From contig CBDATQ010000002.1 in NCBI GenBank assembly GCA_965199955.1, forward strand, positions 608,001-672,000: a stretch of DNA of 64,000 bases, given 5' to 3'. Below, piece by piece: positions 22,511 to 32,238 of the stretch (its first letter is position 1; each line of letters begins with the position of its first letter). The stretch is from Spirochaetia bacterium (GTDB lineage Bacteria; Spirochaetota; Spirochaetia; SZUA-6; Bin103). Below the pieces are notes generated by a model. It saw only the letters and a list, made by a program, of their open reading frames with translations, searched no databases and had not been told where the DNA came from. Made by a program: the position numbers and the translations under genes.

Positions 22511-25500
22511 ATGAGGCAGATCGCCGACCTGCACCTGCACTCCCACTACTCGCGCGCCACCAGCAGGGACCTGACGTGCGAGCACCTCTGGAAGTGGGCG
22601 CAGCTCAAGGGCGTGCAGGTGGTCGCCACCGGCGACGTCGCCCATCCGGGGTGGCTGGCCGAGGTCCAAGACAAGCTCGATCCGGCCGAGGACGGGCTGT
22701 TTCGCCTGAAGCCCGACCTCGAGTCCGCGATGGCGGACGAGGTGCCCCCCTCCTGCCGCGGCACCGTCCGTTTCGTGATCGGCGGCGAGATCAGCAACAT
22801 CTACAAGAAGCACGACCGCACCCGCAAGGTGCACAACATCGTCTTCTCACCTTCCTTCGAGGCAACGGGAAGGCTGCAGGCGGAACTGGAGAAGATCGGC
22901 AACATCCGCTCGGACGGCCGGCCGATCCTGGGGCTGGACAGCCGCGACCTGCTGGAGATCGTGATCGCGACCGACGGCCGCTGCCACCTGATTCCCGCCC
23001 ACATCTGGACCCCGTGGTTCTCCATCCTGGGCTCCAGGTCCGGTTTCGACTCGGTCGAGGAGTGCTTCGCCGACCTGACGCCGCACATCTTCGCGGTCGA
23101 GACCGGCCTGTCCTCCGACCCGCCCATGAACTGGCGAGTCTCGTGGCTGGACCGCTACACGCTGATCTCCAGCTCCGATGCCCACTCGCCGCCGAAGCTG
23201 GCGCGGGAGGCCACGGTGTTCGACACCGAACTGAGCTACGACGCGCTGTTCGGCGCGCTCGCCGGCGGCGACGCGGCCGGCTATCGCGGCACCATCGAGT
23301 TCTTCCCGGAGGAGGGCAAGTACCACCTGGATGGGCACCGCAAGTGCGGGGTCTGCTGGCAGCCTGCGACCACGATCGCCCACGCCGGCCGCTGCACGGC
23401 CTGCGGCAAGCCGGTTACCGTCGGTGTCTACCACCGGATGGAGGAGCTGGCCGACCGCCCACGGGGCGCGCGGCCGGATGCCGCCGGGCCCTTTGCCAGC
23501 CTCGTCCCCTTGCCGGAGGCGCTCTCCGAGATGATGGGCGTCGGCCCGGGCTCCAAGCGCGTGCAGGCAGAGTATCACCGCCTGCTGAGACGGTTGGGAC
23601 CGGAGCTGACGATCCTGCAGCACCTGCCGCTGGAGGACATAGCCGCGGCCGGGGATGCGCTGCTGGTGGAGGGCATCCGCCGCATGCGCGCCGGCGAGGT
23701 GCGGACGCGGAGCGGGTACGACGGCGAGTACGGGGTGATCAGCCTGTTCGACGGAGCGGCGGACCGGGCGTCGGTGTTCCAGCTCGGCATGTTCGCCCAC
23801 CCCACGCCGGACGGGGAAGCGGCACGTGCCGCGGAGCCGCGGCCCGTCGCCGCCGGCGCGATCCCGCCGGATGATCCCGCGCCCGGGGATGCCGGCCCGG
23901 AGGCGGCGGACGTCGCCGCTCATTCCGCAGCTTCGCCCCACGTTCCCGACTGGATCGACGGACTCAACTCCGCGCAGCGGGCGGCCGTGACGCACACCGA
24001 TGGTCCCGTGGCGGTGGTTGCCGGACCCGGCACCGGCAAGACCCGCACGCTGACCGCGTGCATCGCGTTTCTGATCGAGTCGCGGGGCGTCCCGCCGGAG
24101 ACGGTGCTGGCGCTCACCTTCACCAACAAGGCCGCCGAGGAGATGCGCGAACGGCTCGCCGGGCTGCTCGGGGACGTGCGGCCGCTCGGGATCACCGTCG
24201 GCACGTTCCATCAGCTCGGTGCCGCCGTGCTCCGGGAGTTCGGCGCCGCCGCCGGCATCCCGAGCACGTTCGTCATCGCCGATGACGAGGATCGCCGCGC
24301 GCTGTTGCGGAGAAGCGCCCCCGAGCTGCCTGCCGCGGACGTCCGGAGGGTGCTGGAGTCGATTTCGAGCGCCAAGAATCTCCTGACGCGGGAGTGGGCC
24401 ATCGACCGGTCGGACGAGGGCGCGGAGGGTGGTCTGCCGGACCTGCCGGCGATCCGGAACCGGTATGACGCCGCCCTCGCCGAGGCGCAGGCGCTGGACT
24501 TCGACGACCTGGTCTTTCGCACCGTGCGGCTGCTGGAGACCGACAGCGCCGTCCTCGACGCCCTGCAGAGGCGATTCCGCTGGATCTCCGTGGACGAATA
24601 CCAGGACGTGAACGCCGCCGGGCACCGGCTGCTGCGGCTGCTGGTCGCGGGCGGTGCGAATCTCTGTGTGATCGGCGACCCGGATCAGGCGATCTACGGC
24701 TTCCGCGGCGCGGATCACCGCTACTTCCTTCAGTTCGCCCGCGACTTTCCCGGCGCCAGGCACCTCCACCTGGACCGCAACTACCGGTCGCCGCAGGCGA
24801 TCCTCGATGCGGCCGCGCAGGTGATCGCCCGCAACCCTGATCGCCGGTCGACGGCGCTCATCGCAGACTTCGCGTCCCAGGTGAAGGTGGACGTACACGG
24901 CGCCCCGACCGACCGCGCGGAGGCCGAGTTCGTCGTCCACCAGGTGGAGCGCATGGTGGGCGGCACCAGCTACTTCTCGCTTGACTCGGGGCGCGTCGAT
25001 GACGACGGCGCGGCCGAGCACCGCGCGTTCGGGGACTTCGCGGTACTGTACCGGCTCAACGCCCAGGCGCGGCTGCTGGAAGAGGCGTTCGACCGTTCCG
25101 GCATCCCGTACCAGACCACCGGCGCCGCCGCGGCCGAGCAGCAACCGGTGCGGGCGATCCTCTCGCTCCTGTGGCTGACGCTGGCGCCCGGCAGCCGCGT
25201 CCATCGGGCACGGCTGGCCCTCGGTCATGGCGCGCCCGGACACGCCGACGTGACCGAAGCCCTGTCCGCGATCTCGGGCCGGTCCGCGATCGCGGCGGAG
25301 GGAACGACCGGATCGGTGTCGGTCGCCGATCTCGTCGGGGCCGCGGCCACGGCCTGGGGCGAGCTTTGCGCCAGGGAGTACGACGCCGCCGAGCGGGAGC
25401 AGATCGCCCGCGTGCGACACGCCGCCGGCCCCTTCGGCTCCCGCCTGCGGGACTTCGTGATGACGATGGCGCTGCAGGGCGAGACCGACCGGTATGATGA

Positions 25501-25897
25501 GCGCGCGGATCGGGTGACCCTGATGAGCCTGCACGCCGCCAAGGGGCTGGAGTTCCCGGTGGTGTTCATCGTCGGCTGCGAGGAGGGGCTGCTGCCATAT
25601 CGGCCCGTTCATGGAGATGCCGATCGGGATGAGCCGGAGGAACGGCGGCTGTTCTACGTCGGCATGACCCGCGCCCGGCAACGGCTGGTCCTGACCCACG
25701 CGAAGCGGCGCCTGTTGTTCGGCCGGACGCTGGAGAACCACCTGTCCGGCTTCGTCGAGGACATCGAGGAGGCGCTCCGAGAGGCGAGCCGGGCGGAACG
25801 GCGCCGACGGCCGGAACCGGCCGTCGACGCGCAGCTGCCGTTGTTCCAGGATCTCGGCAACGAGGGGGAACGAGATGAGCATCATCGCCGGCTATGA
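22511..25897 (+). CDS. Fusion of an endonuclease Q-like PHP domain and a UvrD/PcrA SF1 helicase
   Basis: N-terminus: DLHLHSHYS, PAHIWTPWFS, ETGLSSD, SDAHS, CGVC..CTAC, GYDGEYG; C-terminus: AGPGTGKT, TFTNKAA, DEYQD, GDPDQAIYGFRGA, NYRS, HAAKGLEF, EERRLFYVGMTRA. Confidence 0.92.
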   Translation: MRQIADLHLHSHYSRATSRDLTCEHLWKWAQLKGVQVVATGDVAHPGWLAEVQDKLDPAEDGLFRLKPDLESAMADEVPPSCRGTVRFVIGGEISNIYKKHDRTRKVHNIVFSPSFEATGRLQAELEKIGNIRSDGRPILGLDSRDLLEIVIATDGRCHLIPAHIWTPWFSILGSRSGFDSVEECFADLTPHIFAVETGLSSDPPMNWRVSWLDRYTLISSSDAHSPPKLAREATVFDTELSYDALFGALAGGDAAGYRGTIEFFPEEGKYHLDGHRKCGVCWQPATTIAHAGRCTACGKPVTVGVYHRMEELADRPRGARPDAAGPFASLVPLPEALSEMMGVGPGSKRVQAEYHRLLRRLGPELTILQHLPLEDIAAAGDALLVEGIRRMRAGEVRTRSGYDGEYGVISLFDGAADRASVFQLGMFAHPTPDGEAARAAEPRPVAAGAIPPDDPAPGDAGPEAADVAAHSAASPHVPDWIDGLNSAQRAAVTHTDGPVAVVAGPGTGKTRTLTACIAFLIESRGVPPETVLALTFTNKAAEEMRERLAGLLGDVRPLGITVGTFHQLGAAVLREFGAAAGIPSTFVIADDEDRRALLRRSAPELPAADVRRVLESISSAKNLLTREWAIDRSDEGAEGGLPDLPAIRNRYDAALAEAQALDFDDLVFRTVRLLETDSAVLDALQRRFRWISVDEYQDVNAAGHRLLRLLVAGGANLCVIGDPDQAIYGFRGADHRYFLQFARDFPGARHLHLDRNYRSPQAILDAAAQVIARNPDRRSTALIADFASQVKVDVHGAPTDRAEAEFVVHQVERMVGGTSYFSLDSGRVDDDGAAEHRAFGDFAVLYRLNAQARLLEEAFDRSGIPYQTTGAAAAEQQPVRAILSLLWLTLAPGSRVHRARLALGHGAPGHADVTEALSAISGRSAIAAEGTTGSVSVADLVGAAATAWGELCAREYDAAEREQIARVRHAAGPFGSRLRDFVMTMALQGETDRYDERADRVTLMSLHAAKGLEFPVVFIVGCEEGLLPYRPVHGDADRDEPEERRLFYVGMTRARQRLVLTHAKRRLLFGRTLENHLSGFVEDIEEALREASRAERRRRPEPAVDAQLPLFQDLGNEGERDEHHRRL

Positions 25898-26663
25898 CGT
25901 CGGCCGCCTGATCACGGAGTTCCGGGTCAACGGGTTCGTGGTCTTCGACGGCCTGATCGCGCAGGACACGCTCGACCGCATCCAGGAGGCGTGGACGCCG
26001 ATCCGCGATGCCGACATCGGGCGCCAGGGACCCAACCCCCACCGCGGATGGGGCCGGTACAACGTGCGCGTGCCGTTCCGCCGGCCGTTCGTGGACCCGG
26101 AGATCTTCGAGCACCCGGCGCTGGTGGCGTTTCTCGAGGCCGTCCTGGGCCCCGACTACGTCTGGCCCCACTTCGACAGCAACATCCCGCTGCCCGGCAC
26201 CGACTACCAGCGCTGGCACCGCGACGGCATGAGCTCGCCATTCCCGGGGATCCGCGTGCCGACCTACCAGGTCGGCGTGAAGTTCCCACTGGTCGACACC
26301 AGCGAGGAGAACGGCAGCTTCGAGGTCGTCCCGTGCTCGCAGTACATCGGGGACGACGAGTTGCCCGGGGAGCTGGACGATCTGCTCGGGCAGGGACCGA
26401 ACGAGGAGGACACGTTCCGCTCCCGCCGTTTGAACCTCAAGCGCGGCTCGCTGTGGATACACGACAACCGCGTGCTGCACCGCGGCACCCCTAACCGGTC
26501 CGTCCGGCCGCGCGACGAGCTGTGCATGGCGATGAACCGTCCCTGGGTGTTCAACTCCTGGCAGCACACGTACACCGAGGGGCATTTCCCGAGGGACCTC
26601 TGGGACTCGCTGTCCGACCACGCCCGACAGGTCCTGCGCCTGCAGCGGCTGACCGACGGGTAA
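25875..26663 (+). CDS. Phytanoyl-CoA dioxygenase (PhyH) family Fe(II)/2OG dioxygenase
   Basis: NGFVVF, WHRD, ENGSFEVVPCS, HRGTPN. Confidence 0.9.
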   Translation: MSIIAGYDVGRLITEFRVNGFVVFDGLIAQDTLDRIQEAWTPIRDADIGRQGPNPHRGWGRYNVRVPFRRPFVDPEIFEHPALVAFLEAVLGPDYVWPHFDSNIPLPGTDYQRWHRDGMSSPFPGIRVPTYQVGVKFPLVDTSEENGSFEVVPCSQYIGDDELPGELDDLLGQGPNEEDTFRSRRLNLKRGSLWIHDNRVLHRGTPNRSVRPRDELCMAMNRPWVFNSWQHTYTEGHFPRDLWDSLSDHARQVLRLQRLTDG

Positions 26664-26672
26664 GGCGTCAGT

Positions 26673-27143
26673 GTGAAGCACAAGAGCCTCTATCTGGCCA
26701 ACCCCTACGGGTTCTCGGCGCAGCAGCGCGACGGGCCGCTGGCGGCCCTGGTCGAGGCGCTGACCGCTACCGGGGCGGAGGTGTGGGAGCCGTTTCAGCG
26801 CAACAACCAGATCGACCGCACCACGGCCGGCTGGGCCTACCGCATCGGGCAGGCCGACCTGCGCGACGTGCGCGAGGCGGACGGCCTGTTCGCGGTCGTC
26901 AACGGCTGCCCGCCGGACGAGGGCGTGATGGTCGAGCTGGGGCTTGCCATCGCGTGGGAGAAGCCGGTGTTCCTGTTTCGTGACGACTTCCGGCGCTGCA
27001 CCGACAGTGAGGCCTATCCGCTCAACCTGATGCTGTTCACGAGCCTGCCGGAGGTGGGCTGGGAGGATTACTGGTACCGCTCGGTGGCGGAGATCGCCGA
27101 CCCCGACAAGGCCCTGGCCCGTTGGCTATCCTCTTCGGCATGA
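26673..27143 (+). CDS. Nucleoside 2-deoxyribosyltransferase family protein
   Basis: YLANPYGF, DLRDVREAD, DEGVMVELGLA, NLML. Confidence 0.88.
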   Translation: MKHKSLYLANPYGFSAQQRDGPLAALVEALTATGAEVWEPFQRNNQIDRTTAGWAYRIGQADLRDVREADGLFAVVNGCPPDEGVMVELGLAIAWEKPVFLFRDDFRRCTDSEAYPLNLMLFTSLPEVGWEDYWYRSVAEIADPDKALARWLSSSA

Positions 27144-28234
27144 GTGAAGTGATTCTAAGCGCCGGATCGCATCGCCGCGCCTGTTGCCCGACCTGGTTCG
27201 ACGCCCCTGACGGCGTGGCGCCGCCTGGATGCCAGGTAACCGGCGGCCGCGCCGCCTGCATCGTGACCGACCTGGATGCCGGGGCCGAGCTGACGCTTGA
27301 CGGCAGTGGCGCTCCGGCAGCCGGCGGGGTCGCCGTCGACGAGCGGGACGGCTCCCTGGACGTCTCGGTGGGCGGCGCTCCCTGGTGCAGCTACCGCTAC
27401 ATGCCGGGCGACGTGCGCCCGGTGCTGCACCCTGTCGCCGGTCCGCACGGCATCCCCATGACGCGGGCGTGGCCGCTCGCCGACGACGTTGCGGACGAGG
27501 AAACCGACCACGTCCACCACCGCTCCTGCTGGGTCGCGCACGGCCTGGTGAACGGCGTCGACTTCTGGAGCGAGGCGGAAGGTCACGGCCGGCAGGTGCG
27601 GGTGGCGCTGGACGCGGTCGAAAGCGGTCCGGTGTTCGGCCGGATCGCAGAGCGGCTCTCCTGGGAGAACGCCGCCGGCGACCCCGTCGTCGACGAGCAC
27701 CGCACGCTGGTCTTCTGGAACACGCCGGAGCGGCTGCGGATGATCGACATTTCGGTCGGGTTCCGGGCCGCCCACGGGGCCGTCCTCTTCGGCGACACCA
27801 AGGAGGGCGGCATCGTCTCGCTACGGGTGCCGGAGGCGATCAAGGAGAACCGCGGCGGCACGATGGTCAATGGGTCCGGAGGCATCGGGGAGGAAGAGTG
27901 CTGGGGTCAGCGCGCCCCCTGGGTGGACTACTTCGGTACGCTCGCCGACCCGCGAGGTGAGCCGCGGACCGTGGGCATCGCGGTGCTCGACCATCCGCGC
28001 AATCCGCACTATCCGACCTTCTGGCACATACGGGCCTACGGCCTGCTGTCCGCCAATCCGTTCGGTCTGGCGGACTTCCGCTCCAGTTACCAGGAGCGGG
28101 GGGACTGGACCCTCGAAGCCGGAGCGACGGCGACCTTCCGCTACCGCATCGTGCTCCACGAAGGCGACGCGGGGCAGGCGGCGATCGGCGACCGGTTCGC
28201 GGACTGGGCCTGGCCGCCGCAGGTGGGCGCCTAG
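27140..28234 (+). CDS. DUF6807 / so-called PmoA-family beta-sandwich protein (not methane monooxygenase)
   Basis: RPVLHPV, DHVHHRSCW, DFWSE, GDTKEGG, DHPRNP..TFWHIRAYGLLSANPF; soluble. Confidence 0.78.
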   Translation: MSEVILSAGSHRRACCPTWFDAPDGVAPPGCQVTGGRAACIVTDLDAGAELTLDGSGAPAAGGVAVDERDGSLDVSVGGAPWCSYRYMPGDVRPVLHPVAGPHGIPMTRAWPLADDVADEETDHVHHRSCWVAHGLVNGVDFWSEAEGHGRQVRVALDAVESGPVFGRIAERLSWENAAGDPVVDEHRTLVFWNTPERLRMIDISVGFRAAHGAVLFGDTKEGGIVSLRVPEAIKENRGGTMVNGSGGIGEEECWGQRAPWVDYFGTLADPRGEPRTVGIAVLDHPRNPHYPTFWHIRAYGLLSANPFGLADFRSSYQERGDWTLEAGATATFRYRIVLHEGDAGQAAIGDRFADWAWPPQVGA

Positions 28235-28303
28235 ACAGCCCGCCAGGGCAAGGAACGGAGATCGTCCGCTGGATCGCCGGGTCTCACTGACCGGGGGATC
28301 CCC

Positions 28304-28501
28304 ATGCCGAGTGCCAAGCGTCCGAACATCATCTTCTCATGACCGACCAGCACCGCTGGGACGCGCTGGGCTGCGCGAATCCGGTGGTCAGGACGCCGCA
28401 CCTCGACGCGCTTGCGGCGCAGGGCATCCGCTACGGCCAGGCGATATGCAACGTGCCGTGCTGCATCCCGAGCCGCTACTCGATGATGACCGGCCTCTAT
28501 G
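28304..28501 (+). pseudogene. Sulfatase pseudogene, 5' part
   Basis: MPSAKRPNIIF, 1-nt frameshift at about 28337, then MTDQHRWD..TPHLD..CIPSRYSMMTGLY; cut by IS. Confidence 0.88.
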
Positions 28502-30463
28502 CCGAAGTTCCAGGAGCGAAATGCTCTGAAGTATTTGTGATCATGATAGTTACCTTGATTCCTCAGGGTCGCGTGCGTGGCTACACGCGGGATTTGATCC
28601 CAAGCAGCTCGAAACAGCGCTGCTGAACCGGCGTCGGGTGCGTGTGCAGCGTGAATGTGCTTTCGCCGTCGGCGATTCGCATCGTGTTCGCCGTCAGGGT
28701 GCCCAGTTCGTCGATCAACGTCCGAAAGCTGTGCACCGGCAGCCCGTCCTCGGTGCGCTTGCTCGACGCCTTGGCCGCCGCGGCCGCCGATCGCTGCGCC
28801 GGCGCCACTTCGGAGACCCGCTTGCGCTCGGCGCCCTGTCGATCGTGATCGTCGAACAGCAACGGCGCCAGCGAGCGCCGCATGTGCCACTCCACGTAGT
28901 AGGCCAGCATGCACAGCAGCACGTGCGCCCGCACCCGATCGGCGCGCCGGTGGTGAATCGGGCGCACCTTCAGGTCCACGGACTTCATGCACCGAAACGC
29001 CCGCTCCACCTTCGACAGCCCCTTGTAGGCGCGCACCGTCTGCGCCGCGTCGAGCACCTGCGGCTCCACGTTGCTGCGCACGATGTACAGCCCGTCCAGC
29101 GCCTGCTCGGCGGCGATCTTGTGCTCATCGCGCCGAAAGCTGAACGACTCGGAGGTGATCTCGGTCACGAAGTGCTTGCCCACCTTGTAGTGATTGATCA
29201 CCTTGCCGACCCGCATGCCGATCTCGGCCTCGCCCCGTAGCGGCTGATGGACGCGCTGGGTGGCCTGAGCGATCGGGGCCAGCTTCTGCTCGGTGGCCTG
29301 TAGCAGCTCCTGGCGCTTGCGCTTCCGTTCGTCGGCCAGCAACGGGTTGCGGCACACGATCAGCCGCTCGCCCGGAAACTCCTCGCTGGTGATCTCGGCC
29401 AGGTCGCGCTCGTCGAACAACGACGGCGCCACCTCACCGGCGGCCACCAGCTTGCGGATCGTCGGCGCGCGCAGCGTGGTGATCCAGCGCAGCCCCTCCA
29501 CCTCTTGCAGGTCCTCGCGGATCCTCGCCGCGCTCAGCATCCCGCGGTCGCCGACCAGCACCACCCGCGTGAGTCCGAAGCGGGTGCGGATCTTGTCCAC
29601 CTGCGCGCTCACCGTCTTCGGGTCGGCGGTAGAGCCAGGCAAGACTTCCACCGCCACCGGACAGCCTTCCTGGGTGCACAGCAGCCCGAACACGATCTGC
29701 AGCGTGCCCGACTTGCCGTCACGGCTGTGTCCCAACTGCGCCAGCTCGCAGTGGCTGCCCTCGAAGTAGGTCGAGCTCAGGTCGTAGAGCACCAGCGTGT
29801 GCTCGCTGAGGTGCTGTTCGGCCAGGCGGTCCTCGATCGCCGCCTGGCGCCCGACCAACCAGTCCATCGCCTCATAGAGCTCGTTCTCATCGACCTCGCC
29901 GAGCCGCAGCGACTCGCCCAGGGTGGACACGGCGCTGGGCGACGACAGCGCGCGGGCGGTGGCCAGTTTGGACTGCGCGTCGATGACGCGGGCGGTGATC
30001 ATGGCGATGACCAGCTCGCGCGAGCGGCTGGCCTTGCCGGCGATGAGGGTGTGCAGCCCGAGGTGCTTGAGGATGCCCAGCACGGCGGCGACATGGCCGT
30101 GGGGGAGGCTGCGCAGGCAGTCGAACGCGTCTTTGGGGTTGACCAGCGGTTCGCCCTTGAGGGCTCTGCGGATCAGATCGATGACGTGATCGGGGAGATG
30201 GGAGATGTTGCCGAGGGTTTCGTGCTTGATCTTTCCGTCCTGGCGGAAGGTACGGCGCAGCAGGTGGGTGTGGTAGGTCCGGTTGCCATGGCGGCGCGTA
30301 GTGGTGGCTACATGCACGGGTCCCTGTCTGCTGGGCATAGTTGCCAGGATAGCAGAAAGAGGAACGAGCGTCAACTACACTCGTGGCTACACATTGCACC
30401 TCCAAAATGCGGTAACTGCCATTGCTTCAAATAGTTACGTCAATTTCGGCTCTGGAACTTCGG
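28502..30463 (-). mobile_element. IS1634-family insertion sequence, apparently complete (1962 bp)
   Basis: TIRs CCGAAGTTCCAGgagCGAAAT / CCGAAGTTCCAGagcCGAAAT (18/21); 6-bp TSD TCTATG at 28496-28501 and 30464-30469. Confidence 0.93.
28581..30338 (-). CDS. IS1634-family DDE transposase
   Basis: YDLSSTYFEG, GHSRDGK, VGDRGM, YKGLSKVERAFR, VRPIHHR..RVRAHV; intact ORF. Confidence 0.93.
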   Translation of the reverse strand: MPSRQGPVHVATTTRRHGNRTYHTHLLRRTFRQDGKIKHETLGNISHLPDHVIDLIRRALKGEPLVNPKDAFDCLRSLPHGHVAAVLGILKHLGLHTLIAGKASRSRELVIAMITARVIDAQSKLATARALSSPSAVSTLGESLRLGEVDENELYEAMDWLVGRQAAIEDRLAEQHLSEHTLVLYDLSSTYFEGSHCELAQLGHSRDGKSGTLQIVFGLLCTQEGCPVAVEVLPGSTADPKTVSAQVDKIRTRFGLTRVVLVGDRGMLSAARIREDLQEVEGLRWITTLRAPTIRKLVAAGEVAPSLFDERDLAEITSEEFPGERLIVCRNPLLADERKRKRQELLQATEQKLAPIAQATQRVHQPLRGEAEIGMRVGKVINHYKVGKHFVTEITSESFSFRRDEHKIAAEQALDGLYIVRSNVEPQVLDAAQTVRAYKGLSKVERAFRCMKSVDLKVRPIHHRRADRVRAHVLLCMLAYYVEWHMRRSLAPLLFDDHDRQGAERKRVSEVAPAQRSAAAAAKASSKRTEDGLPVHSFRTLIDELGTLTANTMRIADGESTFTLHTHPTPVQQRCFELLGIKSRV

Positions 30464-30952
30464 TCTATGGATCGCAGTGCGGCATCCGCGCCAATGCCCA
30501 GATGATCCCCACCGACGATGAGCTGCCGTTGCCGGTGATTCCTCAGCGGCTTCACCGGCTCGGCTACCAGACCGCCGGGTTCGGCCAGACCCACTGGTAC
30601 GCGGAAGTTCCCGGTGCCTCCGGTCCGCGGCCGTCGCGGCGCGGGTTCGAGGTGTGCACCCACGCCGAGAGCCGAGAGCCAGCACACCGTGCACGCGGAA
30701 CCGGGCATGCTGCACCAGGACCAGGACGACCCCGAAGGGTTCGCCCGGTTCAGGCGCGAGATCGCCCCTTACGGATACGATGGAGAGAACGCGGCCGGCT
30801 ACATCGGTTGCACCAGCGCGGTTCCTGCGAGCGAGCACCGCGAAGGGTGGGGCACCGCGCAGGCGCTCCGCTTTCTGGACGAGCAGCGCGATCCGGCGCG
30901 GCCGCTGTTTCTCTACCTCTCCTTCGACCAGCCACATGCCGGGTTCAACGTG
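30464..30952 (+). pseudogene. Sulfatase pseudogene, middle part (frameshifted, 3'-truncated)
   Basis: Continues TGLY-GSQCG after removing the IS; GYQTAGFGQTHW, frameshift at about 30680, PLFLYLSFDQPHAGF, then ends. Confidence 0.82.
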
Positions 30953-31188
30953 TGGTACCGGTCGCGGCGCTCGCCGGTCGTGCCGAACCTGCCGCTCCTC
31001 CAGCATGCCTGGATCAGACGCAGGGCGCCGGGCGATACCGGGCAGCCGACTGGCCGGGTTTACTCCGGGCGCGGCTCGCCGATCTGGACGCCACCGCCTT
31101 GGCTCGCGACGTGGTGCCCTTCCTGGAGCGTCCGGCGGACGCGGCGCTCCTGGAACGCGTCAATCTCGAAGCGGTGCTCGCGGAATGA
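30953..31188 (+). pseudogene. C-terminal fragment of an AbiEii-like nucleotidyltransferase toxin
   Basis: WY.SRR.PV.PNLPLLQHA / LDQTQG..LARDVVPFLERPADAALL resembles AbiEii C-termini; one frameshift. Confidence 0.6.
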
Positions 31189-31206
31189 GCCGGGGCCGCC
31201 CGGCGG

Positions 31207-32238
31207 CTACGGGTGGCGTACGGCCAGCTTGATGCCAGCCTCGGGATTGCGCTCGATCTCGCGATACGCCTCCGCGCTCTCCTCGAACGGCACGATCGGG
31301 TCGAGCACGCCGTCGACGCGCAGGTTCCCTGCGACCAGCAGGTCGATCACCTGCCGGTGCATCCGCTCGCTGTCCCAGCGCGGGTCGGCGCGCAGCGGGT
31401 CGTTGACGTTTCGGCTGGAGATCAGGGTGAGCTGATTGCGGTGCCACTCGCCCTGCAGGTGCAGGGCCTCGGCGGTGCCGGTGTAGTAGGCCAGGGAGGC
31501 GACGGTGCCGCCGTATGCGGTCGCCCGCAGGGCGTCGTGCAGCGCCGCGTAGCTGCCGGAGGCTTCGACGCTGACGTCGGCGCCTTGGCCACCGGTCTCG
31601 CGCTTGACGGTCAGCCCGACGTCCTCGGCGGTGGGATCGATGACCAGGTGCGCGCCGTGCGCAGTCGCCAGATCGCGCCGCCTGGCGATCGGATCCGAGC
31701 ACGCCACCCAGCCCGCGCCCTGCAGCCGGGCGAGCTGCGCGGCCATCAGCCCGATCGCGCCCAGGCCGGTGACCAGCACGCGGTCGCCGACGCGGATGCC
31801 AGAGTCGTGGATCCCGCACAGCGCCACCGAAGCGGGGTCCCAGCACACCAGCGCCTCCGGATCGGCGCCGGCGGGGACCGCCTGCAGTACCTCCTCCGCC
31901 ACGGTATGGGTCTCCCGTACCGGCAGCGGACCGAACACCAGGTCGCCCGGCCGGAAGCGCTCCGCCCCCGGCCCGACCTCCGCCACTTCAGCCACCGCCT
32001 GGTGACCGAGTGGAAGCGGGAAGGCGTTGCGCCGCTCTCCGGGCATATGCAGGCGCAGCGTGCGGTCGAACGGATGCGTCGCGTCGCGGGTGTCGGCCCG
32101 GAACCCGCGCAGTTCGGTGCCGTGCTTGACGACCGACAGGACGCTGCGCAGGCGTACCTGGCCGGATCCGAGCTCCGGCTCCCGATACTGGATCAGGGCG
32201 GGCATTCGCGGGGCGGTAGCTACCAGTGCGCGTGGCAT
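31207..32238 (-). CDS. MDR-family (zinc-binding type) alcohol/sugar dehydrogenase
   Basis: HGTE, VAEVGPG, GLGAIG Rossmann motif, GADVSVEASG. Confidence 0.88.
   Translation of the reverse strand: MPRALVATAPRMPALIQYREPELGSGQVRLRSVLSVVKHGTELRGFRADTRDATHPFDRTLRLHMPGERRNAFPLPLGHQAVAEVAEVGPGAERFRPGDLVFGPLPVRETHTVAEEVLQAVPAGADPEALVCWDPASVALCGIHDSGIRVGDRVLVTGLGAIGLMAAQLARLQGAGWVACSDPIARRRDLATAHGAHLVIDPTAEDVGLTVKRETGGQGADVSVEASGSYAALHDALRATAYGGTVASLAYYTGTAEALHLQGEWHRNQLTLISSRNVNDPLRADPRWDSERMHRQVIDLLVAGNLRVDGVLDPIVPFEESAEAYREIERNPEAGIKLAVRHP

Noticed and set aside
27140..28234. Particulate methane monooxygenase
   Set aside because: Soluble DUF6807-type protein; no TM helices and no pmoB/pmoC
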